DNA of 63,948 bases, the filler included, from Candidatus Woesearchaeota archaeon (GTDB taxonomy: Archaea > Nanobdellota > Nanobdellia > Woesearchaeales > CG1-02-33-12), in assembly GCA_018399355.1 (NCBI GenBank). It is 5 parts of 5 records of this genome, joined end to end, with 100 filler letters (N's around TTAATTAATTAA, not from the genome) between each part and the next. Parts side by side here need not be neighbours in the genome. Positions count along the whole stretch, not along the records: positions 16,484 to 32,851 come from JAGYOA010000019.1; 4 more parts are not named here. One strand, given 5' to 3'. The notes below the pieces were generated by a model. That model ran no database searches. It saw only the letters and a list, made by a program, of their open reading frames with translations, and was not told the origin of the DNA. Position 1 is the first letter of the stretch, and every line of letters begins with the position of its first letter. Below are positions 19,505 through 29,545 of the stretch, piece by piece. A program made the position numbers and the translations under genes.

Positions 19505-20716
19505 ATGAAAACAAAAAAACCAGAGATTATGGCCCCTGCAGGAAACTATGAGAGCCTTGTATCTGCAATAAATGCAGGAGCTGATGCAGTTTATCTTGGC
19601 GTTAGTGGGTTTAACATGAGGGCTACTGCAAAAAATTTTTCTGTTGAAGACCTTAATAAAATTGTTTCATACGCGCATAAAAGAAATGTAAAGGTCTATC
19701 TTACGGTTAACACGATAGTCTTTGAAGATGAACTTTCAAAAATTAAGGAAGTTGTTAAGAAAGCAAAAAAAGCAAATGTAGATGCAATCATATGCTGGGA
19801 TATGTCTGTGTTGTCAGAATGTAAAAAGCAAAAAATAGACGCTTTTTTGAGTACACAGGCAAGCGCAAGCAATTCTTATGCATGCGAGTTTTACAGAAAG
19901 GCAGGAGCAAAAAGAATCACCTTGGCTAGAGAATGCACTATTGAGCAGATTAAAAAAATAAAACAAAAAACAAAGGCAGAAATTGAAATATTTATACACG
20001 GGGCTATGTGCGTTAGCTTATCAGGAAGATGTTTCTTAAGCCAAAATATATTTGGAAAAAGTGCCAATAGGGGTGATTGCCTTCAACCGTGTAGGCGTGA
20101 GTATGAAATTAAAGATATAGAAGAAGGCCATTCCTTTATCTTAGGCAAAAATTATATTCTAAGTCCAAAAGACTTATGCACAATGCCTTTTATTGAAAAA
20201 ATTCTTGATTTGAATATTGAGGCATTAAAGATAGAGGGAAGGGCAAGAAGCCCTGAATACGTTGCAGAGGTTGTATCTTCTTATAGAAAAGCTGTTGACC
20301 TTTGGTATGAAAAAAAGCTTGATGAGAAAAAAAAGAAAATATTAATGAAAAAACTTGAATCAGTTTACAACCGTGGATTTCACTCAGGATTCTTTCTTGG
20401 AAAGCCCACAAAACAATGGTCAGAAACTTATGGCTCAAAATCAACACATAAAAAAGAATTTGTTGGTATTGTAAAAAACTTTTATTCAAAGCCAATGGCC
20501 GCTGAGATTATTATTCAAACTAATGAAGTCAAAAAAGGAGATACAATCATAATAATAGGCCCGACAACAGGAACAATAAAGCAAAAGGTAACATCTATGC
20601 AGGCTAATAATAAAACAATCAATAAGGCTGAAAAAGGAAAATCTGTTGGAATAAAACTTGAAAAAACAGCAAGAAAAAATGATAATGTTTATGTCTGGAA
20701 AAAAAGAAAAGATTAA
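19505..20716 (+). CDS. U32 peptidase family protein (TrhP/RlhA-like RNA hydroxylation family)
   Basis: PEIMAPAG, GADAVY, HGAMCVSLSGRC, NRGDCLQPCR, KIEGR. Confidence 0.92.
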   Translation: MKTKKPEIMAPAGNYESLVSAINAGADAVYLGVSGFNMRATAKNFSVEDLNKIVSYAHKRNVKVYLTVNTIVFEDELSKIKEVVKKAKKANVDAIICWDMSVLSECKKQKIDAFLSTQASASNSYACEFYRKAGAKRITLARECTIEQIKKIKQKTKAEIEIFIHGAMCVSLSGRCFLSQNIFGKSANRGDCLQPCRREYEIKDIEEGHSFILGKNYILSPKDLCTMPFIEKILDLNIEALKIEGRARSPEYVAEVVSSYRKAVDLWYEKKLDEKKKKILMKKLESVYNRGFHSGFFLGKPTKQWSETYGSKSTHKKEFVGIVKNFYSKPMAAEIIIQTNEVKKGDTIIIIGPTTGTIKQKVTSMQANNKTINKAEKGKSVGIKLEKTARKNDNVYVWKKRKD

Positions 20717-20717
20717 T

Positions 20718-21911
20718 TCAGCAGTTATTATTATTGTTCATGCTTCTTGATATTCTTATAAGGTCTGTTTTTTTCTTTTCAATGAATTTTTCGAGAATTT
20801 TTATTAATTCTTCATGCAGCTCCTTGTTTTTTATCTTTTTTGCAAGCTCATACGTATCAACAGTTGCCAGTTCATTCCAGAGTCCGAGCTGCTTTACAGT
20901 TTCATTAAATTCCTTTCTTTGGTTTTTTGAGGGAAAACTGAATGATTCATAAGAATCTATAGATGCCTTTACATCTGAACCATAAACTATATCAACCTCC
21001 TCATTTTTTGCAAACTCAATCAACCTTTCTCTCACTTTTTCAAGCTCATCACTTAAATCCTTTATTTTTTCATGCAGCTCAGCATATTTGTTCACAAGCT
21101 TAACTCCATCATCTTTAAGATACTCCTCTGCTTCCATATCTTCGATATTATATAAATGCTTGAACTGCGGACAGATTGGCCTGAACTGGCACCAGTCGCA
21201 CAATCTTGAAACATTTGGAGGAAATTCTTTTGCAGCCTCTATCTTCTTTATCCTTTGAATTGTCTCTTTCCTTAACTTCATTAATTGGTCGTTTGTTCTT
21301 TCAGAAACAAGCTCCTTATCAAAAGCAAGGTAATGCCACACTAGTTTTACTTTCTTTACATCCCCAAATGTTTTCAAAACCCACAATGAATAAAGTGCAA
21401 GCTGCCTGTCCTCATCTATCTTTGCCTGGTCAGGAAGATATCTGCCTGTTTTATAGTCATGTATTTCATAAATGCCCTCTTTTGCTTCATCAAGGCGGTC
21501 AATCCTTACATGAAACTTATATTCATCATTTAAATCAACAAACTCTGTGGTTTCAAGGCCAAGAACCTTTCCCTGGTTAAAAGGATAATAATGGTTGTAA
21601 TAATCTGTGATGAATTTCTCACCCATCTTTCTGTAGTTTTCCTGGTCATATCCTTTTTTTACAATCACAATAGCATCATTCCAGTTTTTCTGCCATAAAT
21701 CATTATAGAAATCCAGAAGTTCATTTAGGCTTGTTATTTTCTGAAACTTTAAGTCAGTGTAAAGTTTTTCCAGGGCCTCGTGAACCATGCTTCCAAGAAA
21801 TGCCTCAACAGTCTGCTCTATCTCTGTCTTGATTTTGTCAATATACTGAAACTTATACTTAAGAGGACACTGCTCAAAGCAGCAGATTTTTGAGTGAGAA
21901 TATGTCGCCAT
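20718..21911 (-). CDS. Solo RecB/Cas4-like PD-(D/E)XK nuclease with Fe-S cysteines
   Basis: QCP..Y, GSMVH, RIDRLD, HDYKTG, QLALY, CDWCQFRPIC. Confidence 0.9.
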   Translation of the reverse strand: MATYSHSKICCFEQCPLKYKFQYIDKIKTEIEQTVEAFLGSMVHEALEKLYTDLKFQKITSLNELLDFYNDLWQKNWNDAIVIVKKGYDQENYRKMGEKFITDYYNHYYPFNQGKVLGLETTEFVDLNDEYKFHVRIDRLDEAKEGIYEIHDYKTGRYLPDQAKIDEDRQLALYSLWVLKTFGDVKKVKLVWHYLAFDKELVSERTNDQLMKLRKETIQRIKKIEAAKEFPPNVSRLCDWCQFRPICPQFKHLYNIEDMEAEEYLKDDGVKLVNKYAELHEKIKDLSDELEKVRERLIEFAKNEEVDIVYGSDVKASIDSYESFSFPSKNQRKEFNETVKQLGLWNELATVDTYELAKKIKNKELHEELIKILEKFIEKKKTDLIRISRSMNNNNNC

Positions 21912-21972
21912 TTTATAAAAGATAAGCTCTTTTTATTTAAAGTTTTGTTTACTGAAAAGAATATATTTCCGG

Positions 21973-23472
21973 TTAATTTACCATTAAACTATTACCAGTC
22001 ATCTCTTTTGGTTTTTTTATCTTCAGAATATCAAGTATCGTTGGTGCAATATCTGCCAGAATCCCATTTCTTAACTTAACATTTTTTTTATCTGAAACCA
22101 AGATAAAAGGGACTTTGTTTGTTGTGTGGGATGTTTTTCTGTCTCCTAACATCTCCTCACAGTTTCCATGATCTGCTGTAATCAAAACAGTTCCTCCAAC
22201 ATTTTTAACTTCCTTTACAACATCACCAACACACTCATCAACTGTTTCAATGGCCTTCACTGCTGCCTTGAATATTCCTGTATGGCCAACCATGTCAGGA
22301 TTGGCAAAATTAACTATTATCACATCATATTTTTTTGATTTTATCTTTCTAATCAGGTTATTCCTAACCTTATAAGCGCTCATCTCCGGCTTTAAGTCAT
22401 ATGTCGCTATCTTTGGACTTGGTATTATCATTCTGTCTTCTTTTTTGTTTGGCTTTTCAATTCCACTATTAAAGAAAAATGTAACATGTGCATATTTCTC
22501 TGTTTCAGCAATCCTTAACTGTTTTAAATTGTTTTTTGCAATTGCCTGGCCTAAGTTGTTTTTTATTTCAATTTCAGGAAAAGCAATCTTTGCTTTTATA
22601 TTTTTGTCATATTGAAACATGCAAACAAGATTATACGTTGAATTAGTCTTAAAATGATTAAATTTTTTATCAGTCATTGCATAACTTATCTGTCTTGCCC
22701 TGTCAGAGCGGAAGTTGAAGAAGATAGTATAATCTTCTCTCTTCATCTCTTCATAACCTTTAATTACAGTTGGCTTAATAAATTCGTCAGTCTCTTTTCT
22801 TTTTTTTGCTTCATTAAAAGCCTTGATTGCAGATTCTGCCTTTATTCCCTCTGCATTCACAATAGCATCATATCCTTTTTTAACCCTTTTCCACCTTTTA
22901 TCCCTGTCCATTACATAATACCTTCCGCTTAAGGTTGCTATCTTTCCAATTCCCATCTCTTTTATCTTTCTTTCAAGTTTTTTTATGTATTTTTCAGCAG
23001 AGCCAGGCAGAGTATCCCTTCCGTCTGTAATGCAGTGTATCCATACATCCTTCACTTTATTTTTCTTTGCCATTTCAAGAAGAGCAAACAAATGTTCTGT
23101 ATGAGAATGGACACCTGCATCACTTAATAATCCCATTAAATGCAAACATGAATTATTTTTTCTTACATTTTTCATTGTTTCGAGAAGAACTTCATTCTTA
23201 AAAAAAGAACCATTATTTATTGCAATATTCATCCTGCTCATCTTTTGGTAGACAATCCTTCCCGCCCCTATATTCAGATGTCCAACCTCGCTGTTTCCCA
23301 TATATCCCTTCGGAAGCCCAACATGCTCTCCATGGGCAAACAATGTTGAGTGAGGATATTTTTTTATAAAAGAATCATAATTGGGTGTTTTTGCCTGGAC
23401 TATAGCATTTCCTTTTTTCTCTTTTCTGATGCCCCACCCGTCCATTATCAAAAGAACTACTGGCTTTACCAT
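21973..23472 (-). CDS. gpmI: 2,3-bisphosphoglycerate-independent phosphoglycerate mutase (bacterial type)
   Basis: LLIMDGWG, MGNSEVGH, DGRD, AETEKYAHVTFFF, NPDMVGHTG, TADHGN. Confidence 0.97.
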   Translation of the reverse strand: MVKPVVLLIMDGWGIRKEKKGNAIVQAKTPNYDSFIKKYPHSTLFAHGEHVGLPKGYMGNSEVGHLNIGAGRIVYQKMSRMNIAINNGSFFKNEVLLETMKNVRKNNSCLHLMGLLSDAGVHSHTEHLFALLEMAKKNKVKDVWIHCITDGRDTLPGSAEKYIKKLERKIKEMGIGKIATLSGRYYVMDRDKRWKRVKKGYDAIVNAEGIKAESAIKAFNEAKKRKETDEFIKPTVIKGYEEMKREDYTIFFNFRSDRARQISYAMTDKKFNHFKTNSTYNLVCMFQYDKNIKAKIAFPEIEIKNNLGQAIAKNNLKQLRIAETEKYAHVTFFFNSGIEKPNKKEDRMIIPSPKIATYDLKPEMSAYKVRNNLIRKIKSKKYDVIIVNFANPDMVGHTGIFKAAVKAIETVDECVGDVVKEVKNVGGTVLITADHGNCEEMLGDRKTSHTTNKVPFILVSDKKNVKLRNGILADIAPTILDILKIKKPKEMTGNSLMVN

Positions 23473-24707
23473 TTTGCAAAAGACCTTTCTCCAATCTCTT
23501 CCTCTATCCTTATCAGTTGGTTGTATTTTGCAGTTCTTTCCCCCCTGCATGGGGCTCCAAGTTTTATCTGGCCACATCCTAGTCCGGTTGCCAAATCAGA
23601 TATAAAGCTGTCTTCTGTTTCTCCAGAGCGGTGGGAGACCATAACATTCCATCTGCTTTTAAATGCCAGATTTGCAGCATCAATTGCTTCAGTAACTGTT
23701 CCTATTTGGTTAACTTTTAACAATAATGCATTACAAAGACTCATATCAACTGCCTTCTTTATTCTTTCAACATTTGTAACAAGCAAATCATCACCAACTA
23801 TCTGAATTTTTGAGCCCAGTTTTATTGTCATTTGTTTATATGATTGAAAATCATCCTGGTCAAATGGGTCTTCTATTGAGATTATAGGATATTTTTTTAC
23901 AAGTTCTGCATAATAATCAACCAGTTCTGGGCCTGTTAATTTTTTTTCTATAATATACTTTCCATTTTTGTAGAATTCGCTTGCTGCTGGATCCAATGCA
24001 ATCTTTATATTTTTTTCATGGCCTGATTTTTCAACTGCCTTTGTTATTAAATCAAGGGCCTCGAACGCATTATTTATTTGAGGGGCAAAGCCGCCCTCAT
24101 CCCCAACTCCGCTGGAATTGTATTTTTTTGAGATTATCTGCTTTAATGTTTGATATGCCTCTGAAATTATTCTTGCGCTTTCTTTAAAACTTTTAATTCC
24201 AATTGGAACAATCATGAATTCCTGCATGGCAAGATTATTCTGTGCATGCTCTCCGCCGTTTATAACATTGCAGAAAGGTATTGGCACCCTCGGTTTTGTT
24301 TTTGCAATATCTGATACATGATGGTAGAGTGGTTTTTTTGAAAGAAAGGCCCCTGCTCTTAAACATGCCATGCTTGATGCAATTGTTGCATTTGCTCCAA
24401 GCTTGCTTTTGTTTTTTGTTGCATCAGCTTTAATTATTTTTTCATCAACCAACCTTTGGTTTTTAAGGTCTGAATTTTTAATTGCATTGTAAATCTTATC
24501 AACATTTTTTACTGCTTTTAAAACGCCCTTCCTATGAAAACGACTATCCTTATCCCTCAATTCAAGAGCTTCATGCTTTCCTGTTGATGCTCCTGATGGA
24601 GCGATAGCTCTGATTTTTTGCTCATCTATAAGAATTTCTGCCTCTACTGTTGGATTTCCCCTTGAATCAAGAACTTCTCTTGCTTTCATTGAAAACTTTT
24701 TTTCCAT
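23466..24707 (-). CDS. eno: Enolase
   Basis: DSRGNPTVE, PSGASTG, GDEGGFAP, LLKVNQIG, SHRSGETED, ERTAKYN. Confidence 0.98.
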   Translation of the reverse strand: MEKKFSMKAREVLDSRGNPTVEAEILIDEQKIRAIAPSGASTGKHEALELRDKDSRFHRKGVLKAVKNVDKIYNAIKNSDLKNQRLVDEKIIKADATKNKSKLGANATIASSMACLRAGAFLSKKPLYHHVSDIAKTKPRVPIPFCNVINGGEHAQNNLAMQEFMIVPIGIKSFKESARIISEAYQTLKQIISKKYNSSGVGDEGGFAPQINNAFEALDLITKAVEKSGHEKNIKIALDPAASEFYKNGKYIIEKKLTGPELVDYYAELVKKYPIISIEDPFDQDDFQSYKQMTIKLGSKIQIVGDDLLVTNVERIKKAVDMSLCNALLLKVNQIGTVTEAIDAANLAFKSRWNVMVSHRSGETEDSFISDLATGLGCGQIKLGAPCRGERTAKYNQLIRIEEEIGERSFAKW

Positions 24708-24729
24708 TTTTCTCCTCTTTTAAGAAAAA

Positions 24730-25524
24730 CTATCCAATATAGCTTAAATCAAACTGGTCTTTTATCTTTTTAAGCTTGCTCTTTTTTGTAACATCGCTTA
24801 ATCCCTGTGTTATTCTCATCATCTCTGACTCAGCATCCTCTGCCTCTTTTTCAAGCTTTTTCACATTTATCTTGAGATTAAGCTTTTTGTTTAATATGCT
24901 GACTAGTTCCTTTGAGCCTTTTATTCCTAAATACAAGGGATGCCCGAATGTTTCTGCAAGAAACGAAACAGCATTTATTTTTCTTTTTTCAGAAAGCCCA
25001 AGCAAAAGCCCGGATGTTCCAATTATCGGGCCTACCACCCCATAAAGCTTGTCATTCATGGAGGTGTCTTTTTTGTATTTTTTTATTATTTCCTTGGAAT
25101 TGCCTGTGCAGTATACCTTTGGTTTTTTTGGCACTGTTGAAAGTCCTATTCCTCCAAGAGTTATTATTTCTTTTCCCTTTGATTTTTCAAATATGTCTAA
25201 AAGAGTTTCTGAGAATTCATATGACGCAACCTCATCAGTTGGTTGTACATCACCTGCTAAAAACAGCAGGTCATTTCTTTTGTCATTAAAGTGCTTGTAA
25301 TAAATGCTTATCTGTGGAAGGCTCACAAGGTTTTTCTCATTCACAAAAACAGAATGCGGAAATGTGTATGAAAACAAATCATAGGCTTTTTTTGCCTTTA
25401 ATTCCTCTGTTAAAAAATCAACCGCTACTTTTCCAACATTACCTATTCCAGGAAGCCCGGTTATGAGAATTGGATTCTTAAGATTTGGAATTTTTTTTGC
25501 AACCTTTGTTATTCTCCATGCCAT
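24730..25524 (-). CDS. Proteasome assembly chaperone PAC2 family (TIGR00162-like)
   Basis: GLPGIGNVGK, GDVQP, ITLGG, C-terminal LSYIG. Confidence 0.9.
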   Translation of the reverse strand: MAWRITKVAKKIPNLKNPILITGLPGIGNVGKVAVDFLTEELKAKKAYDLFSYTFPHSVFVNEKNLVSLPQISIYYKHFNDKRNDLLFLAGDVQPTDEVASYEFSETLLDIFEKSKGKEIITLGGIGLSTVPKKPKVYCTGNSKEIIKKYKKDTSMNDKLYGVVGPIIGTSGLLLGLSEKRKINAVSFLAETFGHPLYLGIKGSKELVSILNKKLNLKINVKKLEKEAEDAESEMMRITQGLSDVTKKSKLKKIKDQFDLSYIG

Positions 25525-25698
25525 TTATATTAAACCTCTTTCTTTAAGCTCAGGCATTTTTGCCTCGCGCCTGTATCTTGCATATTTATCATCTGGATTG
25601 TATTTTGCAGGCTTTGGAGTCACTGCATTTCCCCCGCAGCCACATTTTTCATTTAATGTGTATTTTCCACATGAAAGGCATTTCAGTATGTGCTTCAT
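25525..25698 (-). CDS. nop10: H/ACA RNP protein Nop10
   Basis: Own translation MKHILKCLSCGKYTLNEKCGCGG..PAKYSPDDKYARYRR (57 aa); canonical position after aIF2-alpha. Confidence 0.95.
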   Translation of the reverse strand: MKHILKCLSCGKYTLNEKCGCGGNAVTPKPAKYNPDDKYARYRREAKMPELKERGLI

Positions 25699-26471
25699 TT
25701 TTCAATTCTTTTAAATTCAACATGCATATGATTTTTTTCTGCAAAATCAATTATTGGGCTTGTTGATTGTTTTAATATTTTTTCAGCTTCCTTATAGTCA
25801 GATGCCTTAACATTTATTCTGTAGTTTCCGGCACCCATATAAAGTATCTTAACATCATCCCTAATCCCTTTTTTAATTGCCTGTTTTACAAGCTCAACTC
25901 CATCAGGAGCTTCTGATACAAGATTTAAATTTCCTTTTATATCCACTTCTGCAGGCTTTATTCTTTCTTCAATTATCTTTGTAAGTTCATTAGCTGTTTT
26001 TTTATCTATTCCCAACTCTTCAAGGGTTATTTTTTTCTCGACAACATCCTCAAAACATGATGCTAACAAGTCATATTTTTTAAATATTTTTTCTGTTAAT
26101 TCACTGTAGAATTTCTTGAAATCCTTTTTCAGGCTTTTGGCAACAAATTCGACTATTTTTTCAGCTTTCTGCTCTTTTTTCATATCTTCAAGCTTTGAGC
26201 GTCTCTGGCCTTCATTAACCCTTCTTAAAGACAAATCAATATACCCTCTTTCCTGATTTATCTTTAATACCTTACATACAATAACCTTCCCTTCTTTTAC
26301 ATAGTCTCTGATGTTTCTTATTCTCCCAGGAGAAACCTCTGAGATGTGTATCATGCCACTTTTGTTGTTATACTCATTCAGCTTTGCAAACACAGAATTA
26401 TACCTTACACTGGTTACAGTACATATAACAATTTCAGATTCTTCTGGGAATCCTTCTTTTAAAAAAAGCAT
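25695..26471 (-). CDS. eif2a: Translation initiation factor aIF2 alpha
   Basis: S1 domain IHISEVSPGRIRNIRD, IDLSLRRV, APDGVE. Confidence 0.96.
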   Translation of the reverse strand: MLFLKEGFPEESEIVICTVTSVRYNSVFAKLNEYNNKSGMIHISEVSPGRIRNIRDYVKEGKVIVCKVLKINQERGYIDLSLRRVNEGQRRSKLEDMKKEQKAEKIVEFVAKSLKKDFKKFYSELTEKIFKKYDLLASCFEDVVEKKITLEELGIDKKTANELTKIIEERIKPAEVDIKGNLNLVSEAPDGVELVKQAIKKGIRDDVKILYMGAGNYRINVKASDYKEAEKILKQSTSPIIDFAEKNHMHVEFKRIEK

Positions 26472-26473
26472 TC

Positions 26474-26659
26474 TTACTCAAGAACCTCCAGAATCCTTGA
26501 CTTTATTTTTGACTTGCCACTTGTCGGCTCAGCCAATACCTTTCCGCATACAAGGCATTTTATCTCTGATGATGACTTTCCGAAGATAATCTGCTCATTT
26601 TTGCACTTCGGACATCTTACTTTAATAAATTTTGATTTAGGCTCTTTAATTTCTGACAT
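26474..26659 (-). CDS. rps27e: 30S ribosomal protein eS27
   Basis: [28 protein letters not shown]. Confidence 0.96.
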   Translation of the reverse strand: MSEIKEPKSKFIKVRCPKCKNEQIIFGKSSSEIKCLVCGKVLAEPTSGKSKIKSRILEVLE

Positions 26660-26731
26660 ATAACCACCTTAATTAGTTTAATTATCTATAAAAGAAATTG
26701 CTGATTATATATAAATCTTGTTAAAAATAAT

Positions 26732-27040
26732 TCAAACAAGCTCTATTCTCTTTGTTCTTATACCTTTTGCCTGTGCATGAACCTTGTTGCAGACAGTGCA
26801 CTTATACCTTAAGTCTGTCTTTTTAGTTGTTTTCTTACCAGTCATCTTGAACTTAGAAATAGCAGGCTTTGAATACCTTCCAAGGTTTCCTGTTCCGCGG
26901 GCAAGCCCTCTCTTTCTAGCCCTGTATTTAGATCCTTTCTTCAGGGAACTTGGATTCTTCCTTTTTGTTTTTGCTACCTTATGCTCTGTATGCTTTTTGC
27001 AGTAAGGGCAGTATCTTTTTATGGTTTTTGGTACTTTCAT
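26732..27040 (-). CDS. rpl44e: 50S ribosomal protein eL42 (L44e)
   Basis: YCPYCKKHTEH, KTTKK.DLRYKCTVC. Confidence 0.96.
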   Translation of the reverse strand: MKVPKTIKRYCPYCKKHTEHKVAKTKRKNPSSLKKGSKYRARKRGLARGTGNLGRYSKPAISKFKMTGKKTTKKTDLRYKCTVCNKVHAQAKGIRTKRIELV

Positions 27041-27073
27041 GTTTCATAGGAAAAGTAGGTTATATATAAATCT

Positions 27074-27766
27074 TTATTTTTTTATCTGTTCTGCCCTTTG
27101 TTTCATTATAAGAATATCAGCTATCTCTTCAGGCAGGTTTGCAGTATCGTCTTCTTCGAACGGTCCATAAACCTCAAGATTCCTTCCAACAAACCTCGGA
27201 ACAGAGTGTATAAACCTTATTAATTTTGTTTTTTCATCATTTTCTTGTTGTTTTTCCTGCTGTTCCTCTTGTTTATCCTCTTGAACATCTTCTAAAGTTT
27301 CCTTATCTTGCTGTTCTGGCTCTTTCTCTGGCTGTTTTTTATCATCTGTCTCGCTTACCAGATAAATTTCTGAAAGAAGGCCCCGTCTGAAACTACTTAA
27401 GACATCAGAAAGCTGGTCAAAAAGCTTTTTTTCCTCATCTAACAATGCACTGCAGTCATCAGGATTAGAAGAGGTTTTTGCCTTTATTATTGCCATCTGA
27501 ACTATTTTCTGCTGTCTTCTGTCAAAAAGATTATTTAGCATGCTTTTTATATTATCAATCTGCTTTTCAGTGTTCTCTTTTTCAATCTCTGCAGAATCTC
27601 CTATTTTTATTTGCTGGCCCTTGAGAATTGAGTTTTTTTCTTTTATATAGCCTTTCAAGTCATCAACAAAAGAGTCGCTAAGCTTTTGAAGCTCAGGCCT
27701 GTTCTTTTCCCTTCTCAGCAAATCAAAAAGGGTTTCATAAGTTATGTTTATCTCTTTTTCAGCCAT
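27074..27766 (-). CDS. GINS subunit (Gins15/51 type)
   Basis: LRREK..ELQKL; B-domain PRFVG..LEVYGPF..D.ANLP..IA.ILI; upstream of rpl44e. Confidence 0.85.
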   Translation of the reverse strand: MAEKEINITYETLFDLLRREKNRPELQKLSDSFVDDLKGYIKEKNSILKGQQIKIGDSAEIEKENTEKQIDNIKSMLNNLFDRRQQKIVQMAIIKAKTSSNPDDCSALLDEEKKLFDQLSDVLSSFRRGLLSEIYLVSETDDKKQPEKEPEQQDKETLEDVQEDKQEEQQEKQQENDEKTKLIRFIHSVPRFVGRNLEVYGPFEEDDTANLPEEIADILIMKQRAEQIKK

Positions 27767-27826
27767 ATCTCCCCCAAGATGATAACTAACTAAAACTATT
27801 TAAAGTTTTGTAAAAACCCATATAAT

Positions 27827-29038
27827 ATGGCAGAACTGTGCTTTAAGACGCTTCACTTTAAGGATGAAGGAAAAAGGATTAAGGTAATTTTTTTTAGAAT
27901 ATTCTATTTTTACATTGAAAAAGATGAACTGGAAAAAATAGGCAAATTCAAAGTAAAGGATAGCTCAATTATTTTTGATAATGTTGCTGAGGCCAGGGCT
28001 GAAAGAAAATTCAGTCAGCTTCTTTTCAAAGGATTCAATAACCTCACTAATATGGTTTCAGGAAAAAACGCAGTTTACATACATAGAAATTCAGGAATAC
28101 CCTTGATTGGCTCAAACAGCTTTGGGATAGTTGACAGGAACACATCTATTGTTGATATAAGGCCCATAACAAGCTGTAACCTTAACTGCATATACTGTTC
28201 AGTGGATTCCGGACTTTCTACCAGAAACCAGACAGATTTTGTTGTTGAGCGCGAATACCTTGTTGAGGAATTCAAAAAAATTTTGGATTTTAAGGATTGC
28301 GAGCTGGAAATACATCTTGGTACTCAAGGAGAGCCTTTGCTTTATGCAGAAATAGCTGAATTAGTAAAAGACCTTTCATCATTTAAAGAAGTAAAAACAA
28401 TTTCTATGGACACAAACGCCACACTGCTTAATGAAGAGCTTGTTGATAGGCTTGCAGATGCAGGGCTTACAAGAATTAATGTTTCTATTAATTCCCTTAA
28501 TCCTGAAATCGCGGAAAAAATGGCAGGATGCAAATACAATGTAGAAAAAATAAAAAAAATTGTATTGTATGCATCTAAAAAAATGCAGGTTGCAATCGCC
28601 CCTGTTCTTCTGCCTGGTTTTAATGAAAATGAGATGGAAAAATTAATAGAGTTTGCCAAGAAATTAAGGAAGAATAATGAAAGTTACTTTATAGGAATAC
28701 AGAATTTTTTAAACTATAGGTTTGGAAGAAACCCATGCAAGCAGCTTTCATGGGATCAATTTTATGAAAAAATGAGAGAATTAGAGAAAAAAACAAAGAC
28801 AAAACTGCTGCTTAACGCAGATGATTTTAATATCAAGAAAACAAAAAAACTTGCAAAGCCATTTAAAAAAGGAGATGTTATTGAGGCGCAGGTAGTATGT
28901 CCCGGAAGGCTCAAGAATGAAATGATAGCTGTATCAAAAAACAGGTCAATCTCTGTTTTAAACTGTTTTAAAAAAGGAAAAATAAGAATAAAAATAATAA
29001 GAGACAAACATAATATCTTTGTTGGAATTATTGCTTAA
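27827..29038 (+). CDS. Radical SAM protein with C-terminal TRAM-like domain (COG2100 type)
   Basis: IPLIG..FGIVDR, CNLNCIYCSVD, QGEP. Confidence 0.88.
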   Translation: MAELCFKTLHFKDEGKRIKVIFFRIFYFYIEKDELEKIGKFKVKDSSIIFDNVAEARAERKFSQLLFKGFNNLTNMVSGKNAVYIHRNSGIPLIGSNSFGIVDRNTSIVDIRPITSCNLNCIYCSVDSGLSTRNQTDFVVEREYLVEEFKKILDFKDCELEIHLGTQGEPLLYAEIAELVKDLSSFKEVKTISMDTNATLLNEELVDRLADAGLTRINVSINSLNPEIAEKMAGCKYNVEKIKKIVLYASKKMQVAIAPVLLPGFNENEMEKLIEFAKKLRKNNESYFIGIQNFLNYRFGRNPCKQLSWDQFYEKMRELEKKTKTKLLLNADDFNIKKTKKLAKPFKKGDVIEAQVVCPGRLKNEMIAVSKNRSISVLNCFKKGKIRIKIIRDKHNIFVGIIA

Positions 29039-29493
29039 GGATTATCCTCAACCTTTATTGTTCCCATTGTTTCAAAAATTAAACAAAAGTAAGAATACTC
29101 TCCTGTTTCATTGAAAGTGTGGTTAAATGAGTCGCCTTCTCTTAATATTGGACTTCTGAATTTGTGATTAGGCGAAACATGATTAATCTGATGAGGATAT
29201 TTTTCTTTGTTAACCCAAACCACAGTTGTCCCTGTTTCAATTGTAGCATACTTCTGACTGAAGGCAGCGTTATTTATTTCTATGGTTAATATTTTTCCAG
29301 CAGTTTCAGAATCCTCTGTTTCTTTTAGCTCTTCCTCCTCTTCTACTATAGTTTCATCTTGTTCAGTTGTTTGTTCTGTTTCTTTTAGCTCTTCCTCATC
29401 TTGGATGTTTTCTTCTTCTAGGGAAGGAGTTTCTGCGCATCCGCTTAAGAATAAAACTGTTATTAAAATTAAAGTGAAAATTTTTTTGTCCAT
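29035..29493 (-). CDS. Cupredoxin-fold lipoprotein
   Basis: Lipobox LSGC; GTTVVWVN..PH, FNHTFNETGEYSYFC. Confidence 0.8.
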   Translation of the reverse strand: MDKKIFTLILITVLFLSGCAETPSLEEENIQDEEELKETEQTTEQDETIVEEEEELKETEDSETAGKILTIEINNAAFSQKYATIETGTTVVWVNKEKYPHQINHVSPNHKFRSPILREGDSFNHTFNETGEYSYFCLIFETMGTIKVEDNP

Positions 29494-29545
29494 AATGCTC
29501 ACCTCTTCAATGTTATTTGTTGTTTTATTTAAATAATTTTCTTTT

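Noticed and set aside
20718..21911. Cas4-like nuclease as sign of a CRISPR-Cas locus
   Set aside because: No repeat-spacer array or other cas genes seen; solo RecB-family nucleases are common in archaea
23473..23577. Apparent N-terminal extension of gpmI overlapping eno
   Set aside because: True start is MVKPVVLL at 23472; the extension is another frame of eno
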